Assembly (NCBI GenBank): GCA_944377485.1
Contig: CALWFB010000001.1
Span: 94,095 to 158,094 of the forward strand
From: an uncultured Clostridia bacterium
GTDB lineage: Bacteria > Bacillota > Clostridia > Christensenellales > UBA1242
DNA length: 64,000 nucleotides
Direction: 5' to 3'
The position numbers were made by a program, and so were the translations under genes. Shown here in pieces: positions 27,743 through 37,452 of the stretch. The first letter of the stretch is position 1. Each line of letters opens with the position of its first letter. The notes beneath the pieces are model-generated. The model ran no database searches, was not told where the DNA came from, and saw only the letters and a list, made by a program, of their open reading frames with translations.

Positions 27743-30028
27743 ATGAAAATTAAGAGCAATTCATGGAAATTTGTATTGAAGTACATAGTGGTATTTTTTG
27801 TCTGTTTAGTTTTTGCCAAAGCGGAGATTAATTATATTTCTCCATTTTTGATAGCCTTTTTCTTTGCGGGAATATATGTTGGATTTGAAGAAAAGTTGCT
27901 GTCTATTTTTGTTTTGAGTAGTGCACTCGCAGTTAATCCTACACTAAATTCTCTTTTGATTAATATAACCGCAGTGGCAGTTGGTTTGATACTGTTTTAC
28001 ATTTATAAATTTTCAAAAAGACCTATACCTCTATACATGATTTTTTTAGGTTTTATGCTAGGTATTGTCACCTATATATATTTTAATCATTCTAATTTTT
28101 TACATTTATTATACTACATAGCACTTGGATTGATTTGTTTATACATATTTATCATTGTATTGCATGTCATTTTGCTTAGAAAAAATTGTTTTAAACTAAC
28201 ATTGAATGAAAGTATATGTTTTTTATTCTCTATCGCAATACTCGGTATGGGATTAGCACCAATCTATATATTTGAATTTTCAATTTACAGATTTGTGCTT
28301 ATGAGTATAATTTTCATATTTGTCTCCACAGGCAGTACGCCAATGACTTTTGCTATTACTTTATCGTTTTCATTGGGGGTAGGGCTTGGTAGTCTAGATT
28401 TATTACCTTTGGCAGAGTTTGCCTTGCTGACTTTGCTGGCAAATATTTTCAGTATGCCTGCAAAATTCAAAATATCTTTTGTTGTAATAATTGCAGATAT
28501 ATTCATTCAGTATTACTTTTTCAATGTTGGAATAGATTTGTTTTATCAAATATTACCAATAATTCTTGCCGGACTATTATTTTTGTGTATACCTAATAAA
28601 ATGCTCAATAATTTTTCTGATTTTGTCTATGTCAAGAAAAGTGAATTGTCATCTCGCAATTTGATTAATACTACGAGAAAAAACATTCGTAAACGAATGA
28701 GTGAATTGAGCAATGTATTTTTAGATATGAAGCAAATTCATCTAAATATGGTAAAAAAAGATTTGACGAAAGAAGAATTGATTGCAATGCTAACACGTGA
28801 GATAATGAACACCTGTTGTAAAGATTGTTTAGACAAAAATAGATGTACACGAGCGCTCGGCACTGACAATAAATCAAATTTGGAACTATTAATTGAAATA
28901 GCAATTACAAAGGGAAAAGTGACATTGTTAGATATTCCGAATAGTCTAAGCAATCGTTGTGGCAAAGTAAACAATTTGATTAGTTTAATCAACAGGTTAA
29001 GTAGCGAATATAAGCAATATAAAAACATGCTTACAGATGTAAATAATGTAAAGATTTTATTGGCAGACCAAATGGGAGCAGTTTCTAGATTGTTATTAGA
29101 CATAGGTGATGAAATTGATACAAATGTCAGTTTTGATATAGCCAGAGAAAATAAGATTATTTCACGTCTTTTAAGTTTGAATATTGAGTGTAAGGAAGTG
29201 TTGCTGTATACTGAAAAAAACGAAGATATAAGTGCGGTTTTAATTTTAAAGGGTAAGGAGATATACAATCCTATTGTTGAAAAAGTGATGAGCGAAGTGT
29301 TAAAAATGCCTATGGAGATTACGAGTATACTTCCTATTGAAGATGGAGATTTCTTTTCAGTCACTTTAAGACGAAAGAATAAATATGATTGTGTGTTTGG
29401 TTTGGCTAGTTGTAATAAATCTGGCAATACTGAGTCGGGAGATTGTCATAGCATAATTAGATTGGGAAAAGATAGATTTTTATTGGCTCTGTGTGATGGA
29501 ATGGGAAGCGGAAAGGGCGCTCACAAAATGAGTGCTATGACTCTTGGACTGATTGAGAATTTTTATAAAGTAGGTTTTGATAATGATGTTGTGTTAGAGA
29601 GTGTAAATAAATTGTTAGCAATAAATAATCAAGAAAATTATTCAACATTAGACGTTTGTCTTCTTGATTTAAATAATGAGATTGCAGATTTTATCAAAGT
29701 TGGCTCTCCGTTTGGTTTGATTAAACGAGATGGCAATATTGAAATCGTTGAGGGTGGAGCTTTGCCAATAGGGGCATTAGACAATATTTCTCCTGCCACA
29801 AAAAAGACAACAATATCCACAAAGGATTTAATAATAATGGTGACAGATGGAATCACAGATGCCTTTGTCAGTCAGGAGAACATCATAGAATATGTATCAA
29901 AGTTGGCGAGCAACAATCCTCAGACATTGGCAGAGTCTATTTTGAATGAAGCGTTAAGGCTTAATGATATGACAGCAAAAGACGATATGACGGTATTGGT
30001 TAGCAGAATGTATTTAAAGTCAAATTAA
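27743..30028 (+). CDS. spoIIE: Stage II sporulation protein E (membrane PP2C phosphatase)
   Basis: 761 aa. About 10 N-terminal TM helices, a central regulatory region and a C-terminal PP2C domain (GDCHSIIRLGKDRFLLALCDGMGSGKGAHKMS ... IIMVTDGITDAF). Followed by tilS, as in the Bacillus spoIIE region. Confidence 0.92.
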   Translation: MKIKSNSWKFVLKYIVVFFVCLVFAKAEINYISPFLIAFFFAGIYVGFEEKLLSIFVLSSALAVNPTLNSLLINITAVAVGLILFYIYKFSKRPIPLYMIFLGFMLGIVTYIYFNHSNFLHLLYYIALGLICLYIFIIVLHVILLRKNCFKLTLNESICFLFSIAILGMGLAPIYIFEFSIYRFVLMSIIFIFVSTGSTPMTFAITLSFSLGVGLGSLDLLPLAEFALLTLLANIFSMPAKFKISFVVIIADIFIQYYFFNVGIDLFYQILPIILAGLLFLCIPNKMLNNFSDFVYVKKSELSSRNLINTTRKNIRKRMSELSNVFLDMKQIHLNMVKKDLTKEELIAMLTREIMNTCCKDCLDKNRCTRALGTDNKSNLELLIEIAITKGKVTLLDIPNSLSNRCGKVNNLISLINRLSSEYKQYKNMLTDVNNVKILLADQMGAVSRLLLDIGDEIDTNVSFDIARENKIISRLLSLNIECKEVLLYTEKNEDISAVLILKGKEIYNPIVEKVMSEVLKMPMEITSILPIEDGDFFSVTLRRKNKYDCVFGLASCNKSGNTESGDCHSIIRLGKDRFLLALCDGMGSGKGAHKMSAMTLGLIENFYKVGFDNDVVLESVNKLLAINNQENYSTLDVCLLDLNNEIADFIKVGSPFGLIKRDGNIEIVEGGALPIGALDNISPATKKTTISTKDLIIMVTDGITDAFVSQENIIEYVSKLASNNPQTLAESILNEALRLNDMTAKDDMTVLVSRMYLKSN

Positions 30029-30154
30029 TTAAAATTTGCAAAAATTTCACAAAAAACAATTAAAATGCATGGTTTTGTTGACATTTTTCTGAAAAATTAA
30101 TTTTAAATTCGAATTTTATATTCAAATTTTTTATTGAAAATTTAAAATTAAGTA

Positions 30155-30183
30155 TTGCAATTCTTTGCTTGTTATAGTATAAT
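30155..30183 (+). promoter_or_regulatory. Sigma-A-type promoter for tilS
   Basis: TTGCAA (30155-30160), 17 nt, TATAAT (30178-30183). AGGAG RBS before the ATG at 30213. Confidence 0.55.
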
Positions 30184-30212
30184 CATTCTAGATTATTAAT
30201 TTAGGAGCGATT

Positions 30213-31556
30213 ATGGACAAGGTTTTAGATTATATCAAGAGCAACAACATGATTAAATCTGGCGAAATTATTGGTGTGGCATGTTCGGGTGGAAGAGATA
30301 GTATTTGTCTTCTTCATTATCTAAATTCAGTAAAAGCAGATTTGGATTGTGAAGTTGTGGCTGTAAACATTGACCATGGCATACGTCCAAATAGTGCACT
30401 TGACACAGAATTTGTGATGCAGTTTTGTAAAGACAATCATATCCGTGCTTACAAATTCAAAGGAGAAGCCTTAAAGGTTGCTAAGGAAGAAAAATTGACC
30501 ATTGAGCAAGCTGCTAGAAAGGTCAGATATGGAGTGTTTGAGACTCTAATAAAAAAAGGATTGGTAGACAAAATAGCATTGGCACACCATATGACAGACC
30601 AAGCCGAAACAGTGCTATTAAACATCATACGTGGAGCAGGATTGAGTGGAGCACGAGGAATGGAACCTGTACGTGATGGAATTTACATTAGACCATTGTT
30701 GACAACTCCGAGAGAAGAGATTATGGCTTATCTTGATGAGAATTCGCTAGAATATGTTGATGATGAAACAAATCAAGACAATACATATTCAAGAAATTAC
30801 ATTAGAAATATTGTTATGCCTGCACTTAGAAAACATTTTAATTCAGTAGATAAAAATATTGTAAATTTTGCTTCAATTTGTGCACAAGATGATGATTATA
30901 TCAATAGCCAAATCAATTTGGGCACATTGATAGAAACCAAAGATTATGTGAAAGTGCCTCTAACATATTTTTATCAACCTGTACCGATTATAAATCGAAT
31001 TTTGAGAAAGGTTTTATCAAAATTTGTAAAACAGGATATAGAAAGTAAACATATTAAAATGATTAGAGAGTTTGCTATTGAAGCAAATAATGGAAATATA
31101 ATTAGCCTTCCATACAAAGTAAAAGTTAGCAAGGAATATGATTTCATTACTATTGGTATGTTAAAGAAAAAAGAATTGACCGGTGAATATGCATTTAGAA
31201 GTGGAAAACTTAAAATTGAAGGGTATGGAATAATTAGAAGCACTTCAAGTAAAGTATTGACTGAACCTAAAATGCATCAGCATATTATAGATGCTGATAG
31301 AATTCCTACTGATGCGATTTGGCGTTTCCGCCAAGAAGGAGATACATTTGCTCCATTGGGATTAGGTGGCAGTAAGAAATTAAAAGATTATTTCATAGAC
31401 AAAAAGATACCACAACGCATGCGAAATAATATTCCAGTATTAGCTTCGGGCAATCGCATTTTGATTGTCGCCGATGTTGAAATTGCAGATGAATTGAAGA
31501 TTACAGAAAACACTCGTAGATATTATAAAGTCAATTATGAAAAGGACGTTGTATAA
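30213..31556 (+). CDS. tilS: tRNA(Ile)-lysidine synthase
   Basis: PP-loop motif VACSGGRDSICLL, plus the C-terminal TilS substrate-binding domain (RFRQEGDTFAPLGLGGSKKLKDYFIDKKIP). Confidence 0.92.
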   Translation: MDKVLDYIKSNNMIKSGEIIGVACSGGRDSICLLHYLNSVKADLDCEVVAVNIDHGIRPNSALDTEFVMQFCKDNHIRAYKFKGEALKVAKEEKLTIEQAARKVRYGVFETLIKKGLVDKIALAHHMTDQAETVLLNIIRGAGLSGARGMEPVRDGIYIRPLLTTPREEIMAYLDENSLEYVDDETNQDNTYSRNYIRNIVMPALRKHFNSVDKNIVNFASICAQDDDYINSQINLGTLIETKDYVKVPLTYFYQPVPIINRILRKVLSKFVKQDIESKHIKMIREFAIEANNGNIISLPYKVKVSKEYDFITIGMLKKKELTGEYAFRSGKLKIEGYGIIRSTSSKVLTEPKMHQHIIDADRIPTDAIWRFRQEGDTFAPLGLGGSKKLKDYFIDKKIPQRMRNNIPVLASGNRILIVADVEIADELKITENTRRYYKVNYEKDVV

Positions 31557-31586
31557 AAAAATCCACATTGTGTGGATTTTTTATTT
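31555..31586. terminator. Bidirectional intrinsic terminator (tilS / DAGK-like gene)
   Basis: aaaaaaATCCACAttgTGTGGATtttttatttt: 7-bp stem (31561-31567 / 31571-31577) flanked by A- and T-runs. Confidence 0.7.
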
Positions 31587-31615
31587 TTAAGTAGTAATCA
31601 ATTAAAATAATTGTA

Positions 31616-32650
31616 TTATTTGTGTTTATCGTTTTTTGATAGTTTTTTATCTTTTTCAGATTCAGAAGAATTTTCTATTTCGTTGATTTCTTCTTCAGAT
31701 AATTCTCTATGTGGTATTTCTTCCTTGTCAACTGGTTTAGGTTTTGACCTTTTAAGGTTTGGAGTAGAGACCTCTTTTTCAATAGTATTGAAAATTTTTA
31801 ATCCACCATTGACAACACTTATCTCTAATTCAGAAAGATTTTCAATCTTGCCATCAACTAATGCTTTAATTTTATTGTCAGCATTGCTAATTTTTAAATG
31901 GTCTAACCAAAATTGTTTAGTTCGTTCATCATAGATTTGATTACCCTTTTTGAATAATTTTAAATACTTTTTTCTATTTTCTTTTTCAGGTAGAGTACAA
32001 TAGTTGAAATTGAATAGGCCATCTGAGACATTAGATAAGGGACTAACATCGCCAGTTTTGCTATAACCAGCATTGCTAATGCTGAGTTCAAAAACGTTTT
32101 CTGTAAATTCCTTCTTAGATTTAGTATCAATTGAAAGTTCTATTCCTTCAAAATTGTTTCCATACTGCATCAAAACTAAATTTTTGGTAAATATATTTTT
32201 CATCTTGTATTGATTATAAACTTCGAACAATTCTGTACTTGCACCAATTAAAATATTGTTGATGACAATTTTGTCATTCATAAACAAATAATCAATAGGT
32301 TTGATTTGCTTTTGCATAATTTTTTTGATTGCATTGATTGGATTTGCTTCTAAATTTAGATATGATGAAAAATCATCATGTTTGCTCAAAGGAATGATTC
32401 CTAATTTAATCTTTGATATATCTGCAACATTATTTAAAAAAATATGGATAATCTGTTCATCTCCAACTATTATAAAATCGGTCTCTCCATCATTTGATAA
32501 ATCCATTGCATTTTTCCCTATATCTTCTAGTGTTGGAGAAAAATAAACAGCATACTCAATTTTTTCAGATTTTAGAAATCTGACAATCCTTTTTGTATAC
32601 TTTTCTCCATTTTCGTTATAATCATATGGTGCAACTAGGATATTAAACAT
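31616..32650 (-). CDS. Diacylglycerol/lipid kinase (YegS/BmrU/DagK) family-like protein with degenerate nucleotide-binding motifs and a K/E-rich tail
   Basis: The N-terminal layout matches the DAGK catalytic domain, but GGDGT is VGDEQ (FIIVGDEQIIHIFLNN) and GTGNDFA is LGIIPLSKHDDFSSYL. The last ~60 aa are a charged, low-complexity tail. Confidence 0.5.
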   Translation of the reverse strand: MFNILVAPYDYNENGEKYTKRIVRFLKSEKIEYAVYFSPTLEDIGKNAMDLSNDGETDFIIVGDEQIIHIFLNNVADISKIKLGIIPLSKHDDFSSYLNLEANPINAIKKIMQKQIKPIDYLFMNDKIVINNILIGASTELFEVYNQYKMKNIFTKNLVLMQYGNNFEGIELSIDTKSKKEFTENVFELSISNAGYSKTGDVSPLSNVSDGLFNFNYCTLPEKENRKKYLKLFKKGNQIYDERTKQFWLDHLKISNADNKIKALVDGKIENLSELEISVVNGGLKIFNTIEKEVSTPNLKRSKPKPVDKEEIPHRELSEEEINEIENSSESEKDKKLSKNDKHK

Positions 32651-32880
32651 ATAATTATTATAACCAAATTTTTAAATTTTGCAAATATATTTAAAATTTA
32701 ATTTTAAATTAATACTAGTTTTTAATTTTAAAATTTCAAATTAATTTAAAAAAATTAAAAAATTAAATATAATTTACTATATTTATTAAATATTTACCTT
32801 TTATAAATACTAAAATTTAATATTTAATAATTTTTGTTAATTTATTACATTTATTTTTTTATTATTTTTTTTATAAAGAT

Positions 32881-32909
32881 TTGACAATGTGATTTTAAAT
32901 AATTAATAT
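32881..32909 (+). promoter_or_regulatory. Sigma-A-type promoter for the TasA-like gene
   Basis: TTGACA (32881-32886), 17 nt, TAATAT (32904-32909). This would give a very short leader ending in the AGGTGG RBS (32916-32921). Confidence 0.4.
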
Positions 32910-32925
32910 ATTAATAGGTGGTAGT

Positions 32926-33510
32926 TTGAAAAAATATAATTCGTATAGTTTTAAATGGCTGTTGATATGGATTATTCTTCCTATCCTATTGTTTTTCATT
33001 GCGATGAGTTCTGTATATGCATATTTTACTGCAACAGCAAAAGCACAAGAGGGAGAATTGTCAACAGCCATTATACGAGTTGGTTTTAGCGAAGATACGG
33101 CAAGTTCCATTGTGAATTCTAATGATGTAATCACTACAAACGTTTTGCCAGGGAGTACAATTGTAGTGAATGGTAGTGTAGTGAACACGGGGACGATGCC
33201 GATATATTCAATTTTAGAATTTTTAATTACAGTTGAAGGAGAGACTAATCCTGTTGAACAGTCATACTTTACAGCAGATGGTACAGAATTACTGGCAAAT
33301 AATGGGACATATACGACTGCTGCCACTCAAATTGCAACAAGTGCTGAATCTGACTTTCAATTACAATTCACCTTTGATTTCAACCAATACGATAATGAAT
33401 ATATGGGTAAGGGTGTAAATATAGAAATTGTAGCACATGCAATTCAGGTAGAGAATATTGATAGTCCTGTTGAAGCAACAAATATTATGATGGAATCATT
33501 AAATACATAA
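32926..33510 (+). CDS. TasA/CalY/camelysin (Peptidase_M73)-like secreted protein with a SipW-type signal
   Basis: TTG start 5 nt after the AGGTGG RBS. The hydrophobic N-terminus ends in SSVYAYFTATA (cf. the SipW-cognate signal ...TFAYFTD). VLPGSTIVVNGSVVNTGTMPIY matches the family pattern PGD...F-x-V-x-N-x-G-[ST]. The C-terminal AHAIQVENI is also family-like. Confidence 0.6.
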   Translation: MKKYNSYSFKWLLIWIILPILLFFIAMSSVYAYFTATAKAQEGELSTAIIRVGFSEDTASSIVNSNDVITTNVLPGSTIVVNGSVVNTGTMPIYSILEFLITVEGETNPVEQSYFTADGTELLANNGTYTTAATQIATSAESDFQLQFTFDFNQYDNEYMGKGVNIEIVAHAIQVENIDSPVEATNIMMESLNT

Positions 33511-33519
33511 GGAAGCAGA

Positions 33520-34791
33520 ATGGAATACATAATTTTAGGTTCAATTTTTGGAGTTATATGGCTAATTACACTTGTCACATTTGTGGTATTATACAAGAAA
33601 AAACAACCAACATTATCAGATGACAAATCAATAAAGACGGTGGTAGATAATCAAAAAGAACAGAATATTTTATTGAATAATATGCTGATGCAAGCATTGA
33701 AGAATAGCGAAGTGGCAACGCAGAACACAATCAATAATTTGACAGTTGTGCAAAAACAAGAGTTTGATTCAATCAGTAAGCGAGTAGATGAGTTGACCAC
33801 TCGAAATGAACAGAGAATTGAGAAATTGACCTTTGATGTAAATCTTTCATTAAATAACATGCGTCAAGAGAATGAAAAAGCATTGGAAAAAATGCGTGAG
33901 ACAGTAGATGAGAAATTGAATAATTCATTATCTCAAAGGTTAAATGAAAGTTTTAGCAAGATTCAGCAAAGTCTTGAAAGCGTAAATTTAGGTTTAGGCG
34001 AGATGCGTACACTTGCAAATGGCGTAGGAGATTTAAAGAAAGTATTGTCTAACGTAAAAGTTAGAGGAGGCTGGGGAGAAGTGATGCTGTCTACACTTCT
34101 AGAACAGATGCTAGCTCCTAATCAATTCAAAGCGCAAGTTCAAATTAAGAAGAATAGTAAGGAAAGAGTGGATTTTGTTGTGGTTATGCCTGGGAAAGAT
34201 GGGCATGAGGTATATCTACCAATTGATAGTAAATTTCCACTAGAAGATTATAATAAATTGGTGGAAGCAAGTGATACATTAGATAAAGAATTGATTGAAC
34301 GAACACAGAAACAACTTTTAAAGCGAATAAAAGAAGAAGCAAAATCAATTCATGAAAAATATGTTTCCGTTCCTGAAACGACAGATTTTGCAATTATGTT
34401 TTTGCCAATAGAGGGATTGTATGCAGAAGTGGTCAGAGATATAGAATTGATGGACACTTTGCAAAATCAATATAAAATTGTGGTATGTGGTCCAACCACA
34501 CTTACAGCACTATTAAACAGTTTGCAATTAGGGTTCAAAACATTATATATTGAAAAGAGAAGTAGCGAATTGTGGCAGGTATTGTCCACATTTAAACAAG
34601 AATTCGAAAAATTTGTGCAACTATTATTGAAGACTCAAAACAAACTTGGAGAGGCAAATTCAACCATTGAATTGGCAACAAAATCATCAAGAAAGATTGC
34701 TAAAAAATTGGGAGATGTTTCACAGGTTGTTGGTATTGAATATGATAATTCAGATGAGGAGCCAGAAGGTTTACCAAATATAGAAGAATAG
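33520..34791 (+). CDS. rmuC: DNA recombination protein RmuC
   Basis: N-terminal TM helix, a long coiled coil, and an RmuC nuclease-like C-terminus (TDFAIMFLPIEGLYAEVV ... VVCGPTTLTALLNSLQLGF). Confidence 0.88.
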   Translation: MEYIILGSIFGVIWLITLVTFVVLYKKKQPTLSDDKSIKTVVDNQKEQNILLNNMLMQALKNSEVATQNTINNLTVVQKQEFDSISKRVDELTTRNEQRIEKLTFDVNLSLNNMRQENEKALEKMRETVDEKLNNSLSQRLNESFSKIQQSLESVNLGLGEMRTLANGVGDLKKVLSNVKVRGGWGEVMLSTLLEQMLAPNQFKAQVQIKKNSKERVDFVVVMPGKDGHEVYLPIDSKFPLEDYNKLVEASDTLDKELIERTQKQLLKRIKEEAKSIHEKYVSVPETTDFAIMFLPIEGLYAEVVRDIELMDTLQNQYKIVVCGPTTLTALLNSLQLGFKTLYIEKRSSELWQVLSTFKQEFEKFVQLLLKTQNKLGEANSTIELATKSSRKIAKKLGDVSQVVGIEYDNSDEEPEGLPNIEE

Positions 34792-34929
34792 ATAATTAAA
34801 GTTATTTTTCGTTTGTTTGCAAATTTATTTAATTGATTTATAAAACAAATAAATTAAGTTGGGATAATAATTTAGTCAATAATCGACAAAATTTTACATT
34901 AAAAAATAACTATTACACATAATATTGAT

Positions 34930-36264
34930 ATGAAAAAATGGATATTACCATTATCAATATTGTGTGTATTTTTTCTAATCTTTTTTGTGACAAGCGAAAG
35001 AATAACAGTATATGCTTTAAGTAGTGAAAATTTTAATGAACAAATTGAGTTTGTCTATAAGGATAAAATTTTTATATATAATTTGCAACCAAACATCAAG
35101 AAATCTAATATATTTGAATTGAATTATGAGATTAATAAATACAATAGATTTCATTCTAAGGAAGAAAGAAAGAATTTATTAAAAACAATGCTCAATTTAA
35201 ATTTCAGTGAAGAAGTGGCAGTAAATTATCTGTTTCCTAACATAAACAAGAAGATACAAGAGATTGAAAAAAACATTGAGAAAAAGGCAAGAGATGCAAA
35301 GTTAAGCACAAACACAAATTCAAACAAAGTGTTTTTCATACAAAAAGAAGTGATTGGAGAAAAACTTGACAAAAGTTCACTATACCATAATATAGCGAGA
35401 GTATATATTATGGATAATGAATTGAAATTTAATATACCAATTCATTATATTGAGCCAGAAGTCAAAAGCAGTGATTACGAAAAATATACACATCTAAGAG
35501 CTGATTTTTCAACGGATATTTCACGTTCATCAAAAGACAGAAAACATAACATAAAGAATGCATTACATAGTCTTAATATGGTTGAAATTGCTCCAAATGG
35601 GACATTTTCATTTAATAAAACTGTTGGAAGACGCACAGCTCAAAATGGATACCGTTCTGCAAAGATAATTGTCAATAATGAGTTTGTAGATGGATTGGGA
35701 GGTGGAGTGTGTCAAGTATCTACGACATTGTATAATAGTGCGCTTTTGGCAGGGTTGGATATTTTAGAAGCAAATAAGCATAGTAAACAAATTAGTTATG
35801 TTAAATATGGATTTGATGCAATGGTCAATTATGGTAGCAGTGATTTACGTTTTAAAAACAATACTAACGAAAAGATAATAATTGTCACTAATTTTACAAA
35901 TTCTCGTGCTAGAATTCGAATTTTTGGAGAAGATTTAGGGAATGTTAGTTATAAATTATCCAATGAAATAGTTAGCATAACCGAGCCAATAGTTGAAGTG
36001 AAATACGATAATGCAGGCACGTATTCTGATAGAGTGAAGTATGAAGATGAATTCTTTTATTTGAAAAATGCATATAGAGGTATGGAAATCAAATCATATA
36101 GAGAGAAATATATTGCTGGGAAACTAAACAAAAAAGAGTTATTAAGGCATGACAAATTTAAAGTGCAAAATGGTGTAAAAATATATGGAACAAAAAAACG
36201 TGTAGAAGATGACTACACGTTAGAAAATATAGATAATGATATACTCACTCTTTTTCACTCATAG
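34930..36264 (+). CDS. VanW family protein
   Basis: N-terminal TM helix. VanW core NGYRSAKIIVNNEFVDGLGGGVCQVSTTLYNSALLAGL. Confidence 0.85.
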   Translation: MKKWILPLSILCVFFLIFFVTSERITVYALSSENFNEQIEFVYKDKIFIYNLQPNIKKSNIFELNYEINKYNRFHSKEERKNLLKTMLNLNFSEEVAVNYLFPNINKKIQEIEKNIEKKARDAKLSTNTNSNKVFFIQKEVIGEKLDKSSLYHNIARVYIMDNELKFNIPIHYIEPEVKSSDYEKYTHLRADFSTDISRSSKDRKHNIKNALHSLNMVEIAPNGTFSFNKTVGRRTAQNGYRSAKIIVNNEFVDGLGGGVCQVSTTLYNSALLAGLDILEANKHSKQISYVKYGFDAMVNYGSSDLRFKNNTNEKIIIVTNFTNSRARIRIFGEDLGNVSYKLSNEIVSITEPIVEVKYDNAGTYSDRVKYEDEFFYLKNAYRGMEIKSYREKYIAGKLNKKELLRHDKFKVQNGVKIYGTKKRVEDDYTLENIDNDILTLFHS

Positions 36265-37303
36265 GGAAAACCCTTGTTTTAAAATTAGATAGACGGGCTT
36301 TGTATGAATCTATTGACTCATCGGGCACATATATTTTAAATGTGTCTGAAACTTGTGGTGCAAACGCAAAACTGCTGACTTGCGGAGGGGTTGTTCCAAG
36401 GAATGTGATGGTTGCAAGTTTAAAATATTCTACTGGGTCAGTGGCAAGAGCGCTAAAACAACTTGAAGCTAGATTTTGAACGTTTTCATGGAATATCATA
36501 TTATTGAATCCTCCTCCAAAATTGAAATTTGAACCGATATTAATTATATTTGATGGTAAAATTAAATCGCAATCAAAAATTCTATTGTAAATGTATGATA
36601 TTGGGAACAATATTAAAGATGTATTATTAAAAACAAATTCATCATGAAAAGCCTTTCCTTTGTTATAATAAAACGTATATGCAGAGGCAGAGGTTATTGA
36701 TGAGGGTACTACAATTTTATCACAATTTTCACCAGTATTACTAAATGCATACTGGTCAATTGTGGTTAAAGTGTTAGGAAGTATTGATAAATCAATATTT
36801 TTAGCACAACTAAAACCGTATTCGCCGACTGTTTTTAAATTTATTGCATCTTCAAAATTTGCGATTGTCATATCAGCGCCTTCGCCAAAAGAATAAGCTC
36901 CAACATCTTCCAACTCTTCGTTTAGAGTAATAATCATTTTGTGTGGAGAAGAACCAAACAAATTTGGTCTTATACTAGTTTGACCAGACTCAATAGAAAA
37001 ATAATAAGTGCTAGTACTTTCTGGGTTATAATATAGATACATTTCTTTGAATAATGTAGTGTCAGGTGCGACAAAACAACCTGTTTTTAATTTGCTATTT
37101 CCTGCGTAGTAAGTTTTTCCTTGAAGAACATCTGTATCAGTTGCTGTTGCTAAACTTAAATTAGTTGCATCAATTGAATTAATCCCTGCCGTGATTTCAC
37201 TAGGGCTTGGGTGAGTATAGGTGGTTTGCACAACTCCTCCACGATTTATAATCGCATTCTTTTGTAATTCCAATTCTTGTTTTAATTCTTCTAAACTATC
37301 CAT
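36245..37303 (-). CDS. Leucine-rich-repeat (BspA-type) protein with an N-terminal coiled-coil / tail-fibre-like segment
   Basis: Repeats of the type x-[IL]-x-x-I-x-x-Y-A-F-S (VGAYSFGEG, VGEYGFSCAKNIDLSILPNTLTTIDQYAFSNT, IVVPSSITSASAYTFY). No signal peptide. The 3' end overlaps the vanW-family 3' end by 20 nt (convergent). Confidence 0.6.
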   Translation of the reverse strand: MDSLEELKQELELQKNAIINRGGVVQTTYTHPSPSEITAGINSIDATNLSLATATDTDVLQGKTYYAGNSKLKTGCFVAPDTTLFKEMYLYYNPESTSTYYFSIESGQTSIRPNLFGSSPHKMIITLNEELEDVGAYSFGEGADMTIANFEDAINLKTVGEYGFSCAKNIDLSILPNTLTTIDQYAFSNTGENCDKIVVPSSITSASAYTFYYNKGKAFHDEFVFNNTSLILFPISYIYNRIFDCDLILPSNIINIGSNFNFGGGFNNMIFHENVQNLASSCFSALATDPVEYFKLATITFLGTTPPQVSSFAFAPQVSDTFKIYVPDESIDSYKARLSNFKTRVFPMSEKE

Positions 37304-37452
37304 TTTTTCTCCTTACATTTTTATAATCAATAAAAGTTTATTTTTAAATCATTTGTATTTCGTTATATCAAGTTAATTATAAGTTTAATTTTTATCATTA
37401 TTGCTTTATTATTTTATTTAATGATGATTGATTTTTTCTATAATTGTAGTAT

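Noticed and set aside
28738-29427. 229-aa minus-strand ORF inside spoIIE
   Set aside because: It is antisense to a confidently identified SpoIIE. Its S/I/F/L-rich low-complexity composition is typical of the reverse frame of a K/E/N-rich gene.
31561-31577. ATCCACA / TGTGGAT, resembling DnaA-box cores
   Set aside because: They are the two arms of the tilS terminator hairpin and lack the TT prefix of TTATCCACA. There is no cluster of boxes, and the dnaB/dnaI-like genes at 41.7-44.1 kb also show no box cluster.
32895-33326. 143-aa minus-strand ORF opposite the TasA-like gene
   Set aside because: The plus-strand frame has an RBS, a signal peptide and TasA-family motifs. The minus frame has none.
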